A stretch of DNA of 64,000 bases from the NCBI RefSeq assembly GCF_009914755.1, contig NC_060925.1; one strand, given 5' to 3'. Position 1 is the first letter of the stretch, and each line of letters begins with the position of its first letter. The DNA comes from the human T2T-CHM13v2.0 reference genome, Homo sapiens. Positions 16,595 through 34,721 of this stretch are shown in pieces. The notes under the pieces are model-generated. The model saw only the letters and a list, made by a program, of their open reading frames with translations. It searched no databases and was not told where the DNA came from. Position numbers and translations under genes: made by a program.

Positions 16595-17470
16595 ATTCAA
16601 CTTAGTCATTCAGCAGTTCACTTAGTCATTCAGCAGATATTTACAGTGTGCCTCCCATGTTCCAGGCACTGTGCTGGGCACTGGAATATAGCAGATAACA
16701 AAAAGTTCTTGCCTTCATGGAGCTTATATTCTAATAGTTGAAACAGATAATACATAAAAAAGTAAATATATAATATATCAGATGATGATAAAATGAAACA
16801 GGGCAAAGAGGATGGGGTACAAGGGATATTGCTCTTTTATATAGGGTGGTCAGAGACGGCTTCACTGATAAATTGGCATTGGAACTGATTCTTGGAGGAA
16901 ATGAGGGGTTTTGCTGTTTAGCTCTTTGAGGAAGGTATTTCAGGCAGAGATAATAGTGCACATCTAAGGCCATGAGATGGGAATGCGCTTATCTGGTTTG
17001 AGAAACAGTAAGGAGACCTTGTACAGAGTAGGCAAGAGGAAGAGTGGTGGGAGATGTGGTCTGGGGCAGCGAGCAGGTTTCTTCAGGAAGGGCCTTGGAG
17101 GCTACTGGAGGACTGGAGAGGCATGATACAGTCTGACTTCTGTTTAAATGGGATTATTCCAGCTTCTGTGTGAAGAGAGTGCTTTAGGAGGAGTAGGGTG
17201 GAAGCAGCAAGGGAAGACCAATTAAGGGAGCTTCTATAAATAATTAGGGCAGGAAATCATAGTGGATTGAAACAGGGTGGAGCTTTGGAGATGGTGAGAA
17301 GTGGTCAAATTCTGGGATATATTTTGAAGATGGAGCCAATAGGATTTGCTGCTTGATTGATATGGTGTATGAAAAAAATAGCAGTCAAAGATGACCCCAA
17401 GCATTCTGGCCTGAACGATTCGAAGTTGGAATTGCCATTTATTGAGGGAAGTGTGTGGAAGAGCCACTGA
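16595..17470 (-). mobile_element. L2 (L2a-like) 3' portion
   Basis: cattcagcagatatttac...ccaggcactgtgctggg...gccttcatggagcttatattcta...ggatatattttgaagatggagccaataggatttgctg. Confidence 0.8.
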
Positions 17471-20009
17471 TTCTAGTCAAGCCCTGTAATTCATGAAGAA
17501 TCTGAGAGCCAATGAGAAGTAACTTGCCTTAGTTTACCCAGTTAGGTAGTAGTTGAGATGTGACTGAAACTACCAGGTCTTCTAAATTCTACTCACTGCT
17601 CTGTCCAGTACATACCATATTTCTGACTTCAGCTTTAGACATGGTAAAGGGAAGGTTTAGTGAGGGCAAGAGCTAGAAGAAGACTTGAAAATTAACCACA
17701 CAAAAGACCAGTTGAGGTCATGAAAGGGTATTCAGAGTAAAGGGTAGTTGAGGCCTAGAAAGAAGACTTTGAAGAGCTAGCAAAGAAGAGAGAAGAACAA
17801 ATTAAAATGGGCAAAAGGAAAATGAGAGTAATATGGCTCAAAGGACTTAAGAGAGAAGAAGACTCAATGATGAGTTCTGTGAAGGGGTCAGGAAGAATGG
17901 GAACTGAACAAATGTCATTAGATTTGGGTTTTAGAATCTTGGGAAACTGTGGTGCCTACAACTTAACCTCCTTTAAAATTTTAAGCACTTTTCTTGCCGT
18001 TTCAGCTAATAAGGAGAAGGAATATAACAGGGTAAGCCTGAGACAGAGAATTAAAAACAAATTTACTTCCAACTCCTGCATTACCTTCTTGTGAATCCTA
18101 CACAAAAATTTGACTTTCCCAGACTCCCATGTGCCCATCTATAAACTGAACAAGAAGCATACTTCTTGCCCACTTTGCCTCCTGGAGATCCTGTGAGGAT
18201 AACAATGACAAAGGATAGGAAACTGCTTTGGAAGAGAAATGTTACATAAATCAAGATATCCTTTTCTAGCTGACTTTAAGTTTTTAATTTAAGAAAAATT
18301 CTTGAAAGAGTCACAAAAACTTTACTTTAGAGATACACTAAATGCAGGACGTGTTGACTGATAAAATAGATATTCTTCTTGGAAACAATGGAAAATACTT
18401 CAGTATCATTTTGATTAAATCTTGCTTAATAACTGTTCATTAGACTCATATCAAATCCTGTCTTGGCTTTGTTATTTAATTTAATTTAATTTTATAGTCA
18501 TTGTTACCCAACCACAAAAGAATTACCCCTGTGCTTAAGGCCACACAGATTTTTCAAACATTGATATATCAGCATTGGTCCTTCTGATGAAACACAAGAT
18601 GAGGTTTTCCCTGCTGAGTGTCAGGCAGTCTGTCTCAAGCTGCAGGCTGAAGCCCCAGTGGAATCTAATTCCATCCTTCCAATCCCCTTCATATGAAGAG
18701 TGGGAAATAGTGGGAATGGAAATTAATTGTACCTGCTGGCATTATTAAAGTTATCAGTGCGTATCCCCTCTTGGGCCAGGAAGATTAAAAAGGCTGTTGT
18801 AATCAGAGCAGATGATTTCTGACACACTGGATGGGCTTCCTACCCAGGTTAGATGTAAGGAAGTGATCTGAGCTTGTTGCCTCTGGCCTGATACCACATA
18901 GCTCAGGGCTATGCAGTGTCTGCTTCATCCTCCCATCAGCCCTGGAGGAAAGCCAGGATCCTGCTCTCTGAATCAGAGATCTCTTAGTTGGAAAATCAGG
19001 CCTTCTCACTTAAGACTAGTGTATTCTGGCTGCGCATTCCTCACAAGATGTAGTCAGGTTAGGTTAGACCTTAGAGTCACACCTTGTTCAGGTTCAACCT
19101 GAGTGAAATAAGGAATTGAGGTGCTGCTCCCTGGTGATTCAGCTCGTTTTAGCAAGTGTTTATTAAATGCTTTCCCCAAGCACCACACCAGGCCCAGACA
19201 ATTCTGCCTGTACACATCCTGTGGTATTTGTTGGTTGGAGGAAAGATGCTCTTGTAGTTTATGAATTAAAGAAAAAAAATTCCTGATCTGGGAATGAGAA
19301 TCTTATCCTACGTTTCACACTGACTCACAGCCTAACTTTGACTGTGAATGCCGCCTAACTTTGTAACCTGTCTAGGACTTAGTTTTCTAATCTGTAAGAT
19401 AATGGTTTGGACTAATCTCTCTAAGATTTATCTCTGAAATTCTGTAATTAAGTGAGGGAATTTCTATGAAAGTGCTTGGCAAACCATTGGGCTATTATGA
19501 TAGTTCTAAGTGGAAACAGTATGTTTCCTCAATACACAGTGAATTGAGTTCTGACTCTCTGGGGCAGATAGATTTCTGACTTTCTGGGCCATGTGTTGAA
19601 AATATGAAGATGGCTGACGTGGCCCCTGATATTGAATACAGTGTCTAGTGGGAGAAATAGACATGCACATAAGCTATGATGATACAGTGTAATAATGGGT
19701 TCTTGGGTGGAGGGAAATATGAGGTGAGGTTTGCCTTATGATGTCCTTTGTATCTTAGGAAGAATGGGAGTGTAGGAGAGGGGAGCATAGGGGATTTCTG
19801 GGAGATAAAACCATTTATGCAGAAAGCAAGGAAGTATAATAGGTGAAAAGCGTTCCGGAACTACAGGTGGTGTGGGTGAGGATGGCTGCACACAGGTCCC
19901 TTGTAGGGGAGTGGCAAGCGATGAGGCTGAGGAGGTGGGCAGGGCCTTGCCTGCCACATCAAAGGGCTTATACCCTGAAGCCAGTGAAGCAGAAGCCCCT
20001 GTAATGTTA

Positions 20010-20690
20010 TTGTTTTAACTTCTTATTTTGAGATAATTTCAGACTTAAAGAAAGATTGCAAAGTAGTCCAGAAATTCCTCTGTACCCTTAACCCAAATTC
20101 CCCAAATGTTAAAATCCCATCTTTCCAATATTTGGGGGCGAGATTTTTAAAAAATCTCGTATAATCACAGTACAATGATCAAAATCAGGAAATTAACACA
20201 GAGGTAATACTATAATCTCTCAATCTTACTGAAATTTCACTTGTTGCCTTGCTAATGTCCAATTCAAATTTCTGGTTCAGGGTTCAGTTTAGGATCACAC
20301 ATGATGTCGAGGTGAACTGTCATCTTAGTATCCTCTAATCTCTGACAGTTCCTCTGTCTTGCTTTGTCTTTCATGGTTTTAAAGAGTTCTGGTCAGTTAT
20401 TTTGTAGAATGTTCCTCAATTTTGGTTTGTTTGGTTTCCTCATGATTGGATTCAGTTTAAGCAATTTTGGCAAGAACACCGTAGAAGCGATGTCATATTT
20501 TTCTTAGTGCGTTATATCAGGAGGCACTTGCCGTTGATTTGTCCCCATTACTGATGGTGATAATTTTAATTACTCGGTGAGGATGGGTGTCCCCTTTGCA
20601 CTGTAATAAATGTCTTGTGAAGATACTATGTAAATATCCTATTTCTCCTCATCCTTTGCTTACTAATTTTTAGCATGCTTGTTAACTGAA
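20010..20690 (-). mobile_element. L1MC-type 3' UTR fragment inserted in an L2
   Basis: ttttgagataatttcagactta...acagtacaatgatcaaaatcaggaaattaac...ggtcagttattttgtagaatgtt; L2-like sequence on both sides. Confidence 0.7.
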
Positions 20691-21016
20691 ACAATTCTAC
20701 TAGCTGATTTTACCAAGAGAGTGCCATGGACAGATTTGCCTTTTAGAAAGATTACTCTGAAATGTTTGGATGTGAGAGAGATGTGAGAACAGGGAAAAAG
20801 TTACTACAGTAGTTCATTCAAGAGCGGGGCCCTGATCTAAGGCAGTGAGAGGAGGAGTAGAGAAGACAGAAGAGCCATTTAGGCTATGTTTGGAATCAAT
20901 AAGCAGGGTTTACATTTTGTGCTATAGATTTAAATGCTGGAAAAATTCTGAAATGGGGGAAAATATCACATTTTTTATAGATTAACAGGCATCTATATAA
21001 CCTCTGGGTTGCTCTT

Positions 21017-21318
21017 CTTTTTTTTTTTTTTTTTTTTGAGATGGAGTTTTGCTCTTGTTGCCCAGGCTGGAGTGCAGTGCGCGATCTTGACTCACTGTAA
21101 CCCCCGCCTCCCAGGTTCAAGTGATTCTCTTGCCTCAGCCTCCTGAGTAGCTGGGATTATAGTATGTGCCAACATGCCTGGCTGATTTTTGTATATTTAG
21201 TAGAGACAGGGTTTCACTATGTTGGCCAGGCTAGTCTCGAACTCTTGACTTCAGGTGATCCACCCGCCTCGGCCTCCCAAACTGCTGAGATTACAGGCAT
21301 AAGCCACTGCACCCGGCC
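21017..21318 (-). mobile_element. AluS with TSD
   Basis: TSD ctgggttgctcttct at ~21004 and 21319. Confidence 0.92.
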
Positions 21319-24300
21319 CTGGGTTGCTCTTCTAAGAATAGCTGACTTTATTAAACATATTGTAGGTTTCATTAAATGATGTTTCACAAGGTGTTGCTTC
21401 TCCTGGACCAAATTCCTGTTGTTCAGCTGAGAGCTATTTCTAATCTCCAGTGTGGATGTGCTCATCATTTGGTTATAGGATGTGAGCAAATGAGATGGTG
21501 TTCTGCGTAGCCCTGAGGCTGCTTCCATTAGCCCTTTCCCCAAACTTTTGCCACTTTCAGGCTTAGCAGTATCCTCTCTTGGGTTCAGAATGCCTGCTCT
21601 TTGCCCTAATACAAAACCTAGAGCTGTAGGCCATGTTCTTATGATTTGACAGTATCAGGGAAGCATTTCTTATTGACTTTTCCAGAGAAAGAGAGAAAAT
21701 AAGCAAGCCGGCAACAAGACAGAGGGGAAAAGGGAAGTGGCTCAGTTCTTACTTTAAGAAACAACATGGAAGATATGTTTGTTGATTTGAGGGTGGTGAA
21801 TTTTTGCACTATAGCTTTGTGAGGGAGCTGGAAAGAGCCTTTCAGTTTTTCATGACTGGGAGTTTAATTTGGTTTATAACATTACTTAAAGATAACTTTG
21901 AAATTGGTCTAAGAACTTAGGGTTGTTCCTGACCCCAGGTCAATGGCCTACTTGACCTAGGCGAGAGAAGAAAGAGTTAAGGATAGGGAGTTGAGCTTTT
22001 TGCTCCAAAATCTATAGAGGGTACACCCCTCTTATATTCTGGAGTCTTACTGGGTTTCTGAAAATGCCCTTGTGGGTCATGAAACAATAGCCCTTTGAAT
22101 ATTTTTCTGCCGCTGCTGATGTGAGCTGATTAAACTGGCAGGCAGATGATGGAAGGAATAGTTACATGTCCCAGGCGGGAGGTCATGACAGTTGGATCTG
22201 TGGTTGACAGAAGAATTTCAACACACATTCAAATCAGCTCCTAAGATAGATTGTCTGAGTTCCCTGGGCCTGCCTCATGCCCTCCTCAAATGCATTTGAC
22301 TCCTTCTGGCCCATAATACTCACACTTCAAATGTTTGGCTTGGTGTCCACAAATCAACTCAGGGCCGGGGTAGGGGTACTGATGAGCAGTGATGCCCTCT
22401 TTGGGAGCTACCACAGCATAGGAAATGAACATTAGACCAGGAATCAGGTAACCTGGTTGGGGACCCAGGGCTCTAGATGGTTTATTTTTTTATTTTCCTT
22501 ATTGGTTAAATTCCCTACCGCAGTTTTGACATTCTCTTCTGGATACTGACTGTGGTCTAGAGAAACAGCTAAGGAAGGCAAATCTGAATTAAAATCTGGT
22601 TCTTGGGAAAGAACTGAAGTTTTCAGATTTTGCAAAATTATGGAGAGTGCAGACTAGGAGAAAAAGGACAGGCATAGTTGTGACAAGGAGCTATTTTTTC
22701 TAGTTCTGCATTCTAGAAACAGTACTGATGAGTCCAAAAATATAGAGATAAAATTTTGTCTTTTTTCTTGCTTTAAAAAAAAATGCTTCTAAATGTCTAC
22801 ATACTTGCCTAAGAAAATATTTCTCAACTCCTCCAGAATATTTAGGGTTAACTAAAAATTATAAAAACATACCACAGAGCTAGTCCACTCTTTATGCCTA
22901 GGGTTTACCCAAAAGGTCTGCATGCTCTGGCTTGGAGACCCTGACCCCATCTCAACTTGCTGGTTTTAAGTCTACATATTTGGCTGCAAAGCCCTAATGC
23001 CAGGAGGAATGCAGAACTGACGAGTCCACCCCATCTACAAGCTAGAAGGACATCTTGATTAAATTAGTGTCAAGGGCTGTGGAGAGAAAGGCACAGTGAC
23101 ACAAAGGGTGTTTTGAGGAGCCCTGTAGCGCCTGTGGAGAATGAATGTTCTCGTTAAATATGGCCGTGACCTGCAGCTCCACACATGCCAGAGACACAGC
23201 TCAATTGTCCCCAGGATTTGGGGGGTGGGGACGATCATGGGGAGAGGACAGCCTGGCATGGAAAGGCAGGAATGCAGGAAGGCCTGTTGTTGTTTTCTTT
23301 TTGCGATAACTACAGCAAGCAATTCTTTGATCATGGTCCTTGTGTTTGGAAGGGATCAAGAAGCGATTTCCTTTCCCCTGGGTGTTTGAACCTTTGCTCT
23401 GCTCCTTGCTTCTCTGGGTATTAAGGGGACTCCTGAAAGCCCCCATTGTCTTCAGCCTCTTTCCACCCCCTTCCTTGGGGCTCCCCAAGAAGACTGTTGC
23501 CTGAACTCTGTAGGGCAAGAATGAGAAGCAGTGCCCCCAAGACAGTGCCTACCCTTGTCATTTACCCACCATCCTCATCTCATTTATCCTTAAGTCCCAA
23601 GACCAAAGCAAAGAACACATGGGCTGTTGAAGGCTTCCACAGGACTGCCCTGGTCAGTGGGAAAGCAGTAATGCTTTCTAGCTGGGTAACCCCTTGGCTG
23701 AGTTCCATCTGCACTGTGGCCAGGGTGCGTGGTGAGACATGCTTTTGCCATTTGCCCTTTGAACTGCCAACAATCCCAATGTAGCAAATGGATTTAAAGC
23801 TGATTGAGTTTTAGATTTCTTTCCTTTAACCAGAATATTCTAGCAGCTTATTTTTATAGTTCTGCTTGTATGATTCTCTTTTTAACAGATGGAATCACAA
23901 CCTTTTCTGCAGTATATATCTGATGAATTTAAAAACTGATACATCAAGAATATTCTTTTGTATATGTCTTTCTTGCTGTGAAAATTTATGGCCTTTCTTC
24001 CCCCTGTCTTTGCTCTGTAATTATTAGGTGCTTACTATATGCAAGGCATTGTATAAGATTAGGAGAATACAGATAAGACAAAATAGCATTGAAGGAGTTT
24101 ATGAGTTCAATTCCAACTTCACCAATTAATAGTTGTTCTCATGGACAAATTTTTTGACCTCTCTAAGCTTTAGCGTCTGTAAGTACTAAGTGCTTTTTGT
24201 GCAGAGAGATGTAGAGAGGTGAAATTTGAGCTGGGTTTTTAGTGAATGAAAATGATTTCAGTAATTAAAGATGAAAAAGTACGGAGTTTGTGAGCATGGA

Positions 24301-25949
24301 GGGGGAGCTGGAGTCAAAGGATATTCCATATGGAAGAACAGGCTTCAGGATGAAGGAGAGCACCGGAATGTGTGAGGACTCTTCAGAGGGTGGTGAGTAA
24401 AAATAGTTTGGCTAAATCAGAGTGTTAATGAGGAGAGCAGCTTGAAACAAAGCCGAAAAGAGCCTCGAATGCCAAACTTGGAGTTTGAACTTCATTCTGA
24501 GAGCACTAGGGAACGATGGAAGACCTACTCATAGGGAAATGATAAAATATTGCTGCTATTTCCAAAAGACTGGGCCTCTAATTCCAGGACAGGGTAATAA
24601 GAGCCTGAGATGTGGTAGCAGTGACAGGAGGAATGAAAAGAAGGAGACAGATGCCAGACATATCATGAAGGAGAAATGAACAGCGTATGGCCACTTATTG
24701 GAAAGAGAATTCGAAGTCAGTGATTACTTCTTTCAATTTTTTTATGCTAGTGCCACTTAGGAAAAGCCAGTGTGCTGTTACAGAATTTGAGGTGGCTGGT
24801 GAAGCTGACATTTTCACATATGTCTCAGGAACTAGATGCCCAAATCTTTCTCAGACCCCAGATGGCCCCATATAGAGCTTTTATACGTGCCAATTTTTAG
24901 AATTTCTTGTAGAGTTCCTCCATTTGGTGGTCACCAGAGGATCTCTGAGATTAGTATCTGGATTCTTAATCATTCAGCTAATTTCAGAGATGTCCTTTAT
25001 TTGAGGTAGATTTAACCTCCTTTTTCTGTTTGATGGAGTGTGGTTTTTGAAAAGTCCCTAAGGAAGTAATGTGAAACCATACTTGAAACCTCAGGCTTGC
25101 TTCTCTCTTGTTTTACCAGAATGCTTTGGTTACCACGTCCTGGGAAATGAACAACTTAAAACGTAAGTGTGGCAAGCCTTCACTATCACCAGTATCTGTT
25201 CATTGTATCAAACAAAGCATATTTCCATTCTTATTAGGTTTCCAGAATTGCACTGGGCCTGGTGAGGGCTACAAATAAACATAAGATAATCTGTTTTCAA
25301 AATTTAAACTTAGAGTTGTGCTTCTAGAAATGGAAGCTTTTCTAGAAGAAAATTCAGACCAATCCTTTTGCTTCATGGGAGCTGCTTTCCTTGAAGAGGC
25401 TTCTGCCATTTTAGAAAATATTACTGAGTGTCAAAAAGCTGAGCAGAGTGTTTAATAGACTTGTAGGGCTAGCAGGACAAATATGGAAATTTAAGGCCCA
25501 GAGGCCCAGGATGGGTAGCCTTGGTAAAATTCCCCAGGCTTTGAGACACCAAAGGGATACAATTAAGAAGGAAAGATAAGCCAGAAATAGACTAAGGCAG
25601 TTTCATAGAGACTGAAGCCTGGATTCAAATTATCTTAACCTCTAATTGGATTAAGGTGATTTAGGATAGCCAGTGGCTAGAAACAAATTTAAATCCTCTC
25701 TAGAGGAAGATACTGTGGAAGATACTATCATCCTAGACCTAATATATCTCTCATCATTTTTCATTATTATGTTTGGCACTCAGTTATAAATAATTAGGCC
25801 TATGAGGAAATAAGAACTGTGACCAAAAGCTAAGAGAAACAGCTAGACACACAGGAGATCCTAGTAATGGTGTTAACAGATGCAAACTTTAAATTAACTA
25901 TGTTTAATATGTTTATGAGATTAAATTATAAAAACAAACCTGGAAATAA

Positions 25950-27492
<1,543 letters not shown>

Positions 27493-27499
27493 TTAAAAA

Positions 27500-28170
27500 A
27501 TCAAACAAATTTTAGTACAAAAAATGCAGTAACTAAAAGAGCTCAATGTGTAGATCAAGTAGCAGATTAGATGGTGCTGAATAAATAATTAATGAACTGA
27601 AACGTCAGAAAACAATGCATACTGAAGCTCAGAGAGATAAACAGATGGAAAATACAGAAAAGAGCATAAGAGACTTATGGGATAGGGTAAGTAGGCCTAA
27701 CATGCTTCTACTTGAAGTCTCAGAAGAAGAGAACAAAGAGAATGGGATAGAAGCAATATTTGAAGAGATAATGGCTGTGAATTTCCCTAAACTATAAAAG
27801 ACTTCAAGCCACAGACTGAAGCATTATGAGCCCCAAACAGGAGAAATACAAAGAAAATACAAACAGCTAGAGGTAAAAAAGACGTATTATCTTCAGTGGA
27901 GCAACAGCATGGTTGACAGCTGACTTCTGAACAAAAGCAATGGAAAGCAGATGACAGTGGAATGAAAGTGTAGAAAGGAATACCCTTCAAAAATGAAGGT
28001 GAACTAAAGATGTTTTCAGACAAGAAAAATATGAGAAAATATATCGCCAGCAGACTTGCACTAAAAGAAATACTAAATGGCATTATTTAGGCAGAAGGAA
28101 AATGATCCCAAATAGAATCTTAGAAATGCAGTAAAGAATGAGGAGCAACAGCAACTATATATAAGAATAT
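27500..28170 (+). mobile_element. Degenerate old L1M ORF1 region (continues in pieces to ~31000)
   Basis: The ORF-track peptide SIRDLWDRVSRPN...EAIFEEIMAVNFPKL resembles L1 ORF1p; many stops and frameshifts. Confidence 0.8.
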
Positions 28171-28175
28171 AGATT

Positions 28176-28489
<314 letters not shown>

Positions 28490-28543
28490 CTAAGTGAATA
28501 ATCACTGTTAAAAACAACACTAATAATCATCTGTGGGGTTTTC

Positions 28544-28850
28544 CTTTTTTAGATGTGTGGGTGGGAGGGACAGAGTCTTGCTCTGCTGCCCAGCCTGGAC
28601 TGCGGTGGCACAATTATAGCTCACTGCAGCCTTGAACTCCTGGGCTCAAATGATCCTCCCACCTCAGCGTCCCAAGTATAACAGCTGGGACAAGAGGTGT
28701 GTGCCACCATGCCTGGCTTATTTTTTATTTTTTGTAAAGAGAGGGTCTATCTGTTGCCCAGCCTGGTCTTGAACTCCTGGCTTCAAGTGATCTTCCTGCC
28801 TTGGCCTTCCAAAGTGCTGCAGTTACAGGCATGAGCCACCACACCAGGCC
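28544..28850 (-). mobile_element. AluJ
   Basis: Antisense Alu with ctcactgcagccttgaactcctgggctcaa; flanked by ctgtggggtttt. Confidence 0.85.
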
Positions 28851-29606
28851 AACCCTGTGGGGTTTTAAATATGTATAAAATTAATATAAATGACAACAAT
28901 GAAATCAACAATAGAATCTGTGTCTGGGTGGGGGTAGGGAAATGGGTTTAAAGATATTTTCAGAAAGTGGTAAAAGTAGTAATTTGTATTAGGTGTTGGC
29001 AATTCAAGGATATATGTTGTAATTTTTGGTAACCACTCAAAGAATAGTATTGTACCAATCTAAGAAAGGGACAAATTCAGTTAATAAAAAAGTAACTCAA
29101 AAGAAGGAAAGAAAAATTCTGGGGAGGGCAAAACTATAGAGATACAGAACAAATCAATGGCTTCCAGTGGTTAAGGGTAGCGGAGAGTTTGACTCTAAAG
29201 GTGCAGGATACAAGAGGTTTTTGGTGGGTGATGGAACTGTTCTGTGTCTTAATTGTGGTGATGGTTAGACAACTCTGTGCATTTGCCAAAGCACATGGAA
29301 CTGTATGCCAACAAGAGTGAATTTTCTGAATGTTTTGTAAATGGAAGAAAAAAAGAAGGTAGGAAAGGAGAGGAAAGAGGAAAATAGAAGAGGCAGGACA
29401 AATAGAAAGCAATTAGCAAGTTGGTGGGTTTAAACCACAATATAAGGTGTAAATTGACTTATGCAAATTAAAGACAGATTTTTAAAAAGCAAAACTAGAG
29501 TGTATGTTGCTTGTAAGAGAACAGATACACTTTAAATATAAGGATAAAGAAAGATTTAAAGCAAAGTGATAGGAAAAGATAGCTACAATAAAATCAGGCC
29601 AGGTAG

Positions 29607-30474
<868 letters not shown>

Positions 30475-30667
30475 TTAAAATATGTAAATCAAATGGGACA
30501 GAATTAAAATGGGAACTAGATAAATCATCACCCCAATGAGAGATTTAACACACCTGTCTCAGTGAATGATTAAACAACTAGACCAAAAAAGTCAGTAAAA
30601 ATACAACAAACTTGACCTAAATGACATATATGGATACTGCGCCTGACAACTGCGGGTAGATACACAT

Positions 30668-30971
<304 letters not shown>

Positions 30972-33194
30972 AGATACACATTCTTTTCAAGTGTACGTGG
31001 AACATTTACAAAGTTTAAACCTGAAATGGGGAGGAAAAATCGAAGAGCTTAGGGGAGAAATTAGAGCTGGAGATTGGAAATCTCCATTTCCAAAGTCTAC
31101 CTTCTTTTTCTCACAATTCCATGATTTTTCAGTAGGAGTGGGGTACTGGCCAAGAGGGAAGGTATCCTCCCCCAACAATATTGATTTTTCTTTTTTCAAC
31201 TGTATGTAGGCCATGACTAATGGGAATGGCTACCCATGTGTTTACTGTGGACAAAGACAAGAGGCTTCAAACCACCATTGTAGCTGAAGAAAGCTGATAC
31301 AGGCTCAAATCTTCATCCCAGTCCCTAGGCAATGCATTCTAATTTCTGTCAGTAAAGGGCTCTACTCATTCTCCCAAAGTTGGCTTTGTGCTCCTCTTAG
31401 GTCCAACCCTGGCACCTGAGGTGTCAAGAAAATGCTGTCTTCATAACTCACTGGAGCCTCTTCCTCTCGATTCTAAAGGCTACTCCCAGTGTTCTAAAAC
31501 TACACAGATCTCTCGATGAATTGGCTTTGCTGCTGGGTTCCTCTTTCTTAAAAGTATTTAATCAGCGATTTTCCCAGTGCCCCAGGCATTTCCTGTACGA
31601 GTGCTGCTGACTGTTTTACTTCCTACCAGGCTGCCCTCCTCCTCTTGGCATTCACACTTCCAACTTTCAGATGAGCTCTATTAACTCCTGTTCTTCCAGC
31701 CTCCGCCTGGCTCAGCCATCTGGGAGCCACACAGGCATTCTTTCCATCCCCCAGCTCATAGATTTCCTTATTGTAGAAGGGCATATGTTTTCAAGTACCT
31801 TATCATTCTGGCTCTTTCCCCCGATTCTCTCCCAGTTCCAAGCCATTGATTGTTTTTCCTCCTTAGTTCATTTTACAGCTGCTGAGAGATTTGAGCTCTC
31901 GTGTTGCCTGTTTGCTTTTGTGTCTTTTGTCCCTTATGTCCCAGTCTACTCAAGGATACCCACAGTCACCTAGATACCATTTCTACTCTGTGCTTTTAGT
32001 GTCCTGCTTGGGAAATGGGGTGATCACTCATCTTCAGAATGACCTCAAGAAATGCTTTGGCATGAGAGATCAGGGCCTGAAGACATTACGCCCCCACCCA
32101 AATCATTATCCAAAAGGGTAAAAGATGGAAATTTGCCAAGACAAAGATCACAGTGGTAGTTTAAGAAATGAAAGCTTAGATTTGATTGTCTGTTTTAAGG
32201 GATGTTGTTTTGAGTTTATTTTCTTAGTATTAGGATAGGTCATTCAAAGAGATTGGAACAACCATGGAAGAACATTCAGATTATTATAGGACTGTGTTTC
32301 AGACTGGGAGAGCAGAGGGCCATTAGCCTCTTCCTGACCCCACCCTGAACTCCCCTGAACTCCCACCCTTGTCCCGAGTATGCCTGTCCCTGACAAGAGA
32401 CTTTGGTCAGGGACCAAAGTGAGCTTTGTTAGTGAGCATTCACAGAGGGTAGGAGCTGAGTCCATGAAGTTCACATCATGCCAAGGAATGGATTTCCTCC
32501 CAGGGCCACTAGCATTACTTGTGGGTTATCAAGTGTTACTGCTCACACATTCCAGAGCTTCTGGAAAAGCCGTAAGGAAATGGCTTTCAGAAAGCCATTT
32601 CTGTCCTAGAGGAGAGAGGTCCTGGATTTCACTGAACCAGAACTTGATGGGTGGTTTTGGTATTCTGTGACCTAGGTAGTGGGGAGCTCCTTCCTTTGGA
32701 TGTTTCCTTTATGCCCACAGTCGAACCATATCCTAGTTGTACAGCCAAGAAGGATCTTTTCTGTTTAATCTATCTGGAGGAATAGAAGGTAATTGTATCC
32801 TCCTTATTTTCATTCTGCCACCCCTACCTTCATCATTTCTTCCTTTCTGCTAAGCACTTTTTATGATCTTTCTTTGTTTTGTTTTGGGAGTTTTGTTTTT
32901 TTGTTTTCTTTCCTCAGGAAAGCTGAATTATTTCTTACAGAGTCATTTAGTTCTTACTGAAACTGGGGAAGAAAAAGATTATGCAACAGCAGGCATAAGG
33001 AAAAACAGAGAACGTTCTTCCCTTCGGGCCCACAGAGCCCATTGGAGGAATTCAGCTACAATCCTGCCTGGGAAGTAGTTTCCAGGACCTTCGCAATTCC
33101 ACATAGCATCTTTAACATGTTTGAGAGTACGTAAGGAGGCAGCATAGTGCAGCGGAAAGAACACTCAAGTGAGTGTTGAGGGGGCTGGATTCTA

Positions 33195-33420
33195 ATATTA
33201 ATATTAGCCAACATTTATTGAACAGGCTAGGTGCTAGATTCTGTTTAAAGCACTTTATGTGGATTATCTCACTATTCTTATTATCCTATTTTACAGATGT
33301 GGAAGCTGAAGCATAGAGGGTTTAAATATAATTTACCCAAGGTCATCAATTGGGGAGTAGAAGTAGGATTCAATTCCTGCTCCAGAGCCTGCATGTTCAG
33401 CTCTCTTTTAATACTGCATG
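33195..33420 (-). mobile_element. MIR
   Basis: aacatttattgaac...cctattttacagatgtggaagctgaagcatagaggg...atttacccaaggtca. Confidence 0.8.
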
Positions 33421-34721
33421 TGGTCCTTGATAGGCTACTGACCCTGGAAAAGTCATTTCAACTTTTAGGGCTCATTGGTGAACCATAACCAAAGGGAGCT
33501 CATTGTGGCTAACCTCTGATGGAGTTTCCACTTTTAATAATTTATATGATGCAATGCAGCTATATTGTTTAGTTCTTGTCATTATGTGAAAGCATAGTAT
33601 TTAAACTTTGATCTCATTGATTCAGCAACTGATTATTTTATGGCCACTGTGCACAAAGCAATGGGCTGGGTACCACAGAGGATTCAGAAAAATGCTTAAA
33701 AAGGTAAAACCTATCTCTTCCATTAGCTTTAGATGGTTTCATATTGTAGTTGCTTTGAGATTTTTTTAGACTAAGTTTTTCAGATAATTAAACAGGAATC
33801 AAATTCAAAAACTATTCATATTCCAGAAGAGGAATCCTGAAACAGGTATTGGGCCTTAGACTAGTCAAGTTTCTGACATTTTCTTTTAAAATATAACTTG
33901 TCACTAGGATAGTTTATATCCATTAACTCCTGAGTGAAGGAGCTTCTGGTGAAATTGTTTTTTATGGTGCTTACAAGCTCAAGGGGTTCTTTAAAAATGG
34001 AATGTGACTGCTTTGGGAGTCACTAATACTGAAGCTGGATCATTATAACCTGAAATATCCATTAGTAACTTAGAAAGACAAATCCAAAGAAAAAGAATTT
34101 ACTATGTAATAGCTGGATTTTTTGAAATCAGATTTTTTTTTTTTTTTTTTTGGCAAGCTAGATTCAATATCTAGCTTGCTGTGGAATTAGGTTATGGTGT
34201 GGAAACCTCTTGGCTGGGACAGGAAAAAAAATTGATCTTAAACTAAAAAAACTAACTTAAGATATTCCATTTCTAGTAATACCTTTGAGATTGGAAGAAT
34301 TGCATTCTGATGGGCCCAGACGTTAGATTAATGTCCATCTTTCTCAACAGGTTGTAAACTTTTAAACTTTCTGTTTTGCATTCAGACCACAAGTGCCTGA
34401 CACTTAATAGATGTTCTATAAATATTTGCTGATGGACTCTTTATTGCTCACTCCCTAAAATCCAGCCATTTCTCCCTTGCCAGCATTCAATAATTGAACC
34501 TGCTTTGAAACATCTGATCAGCCACTTCAAGACGGCAAGTTATTTTAGCTCCTGTCTAAATAAGTTAGTGGGCTCCAGTCCTTAAACCACTATTTTCTTT
34601 ATTAATTCCTCAAGTACAGACTTTTGTATGTAACCAGTCTTTTTAAACCTGTGTATAATGACTCATTAATGAGTTGTAAAATAAATGTAGTGAGTTATGA
34701 CCAATATAAAAAAATAGAAAA

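Noticed and set aside
27615-27797. 60-aa ORF resembling L1 ORF1p
   Set aside because: A short surviving frame in a heavily degenerate L1M, not a functional gene.
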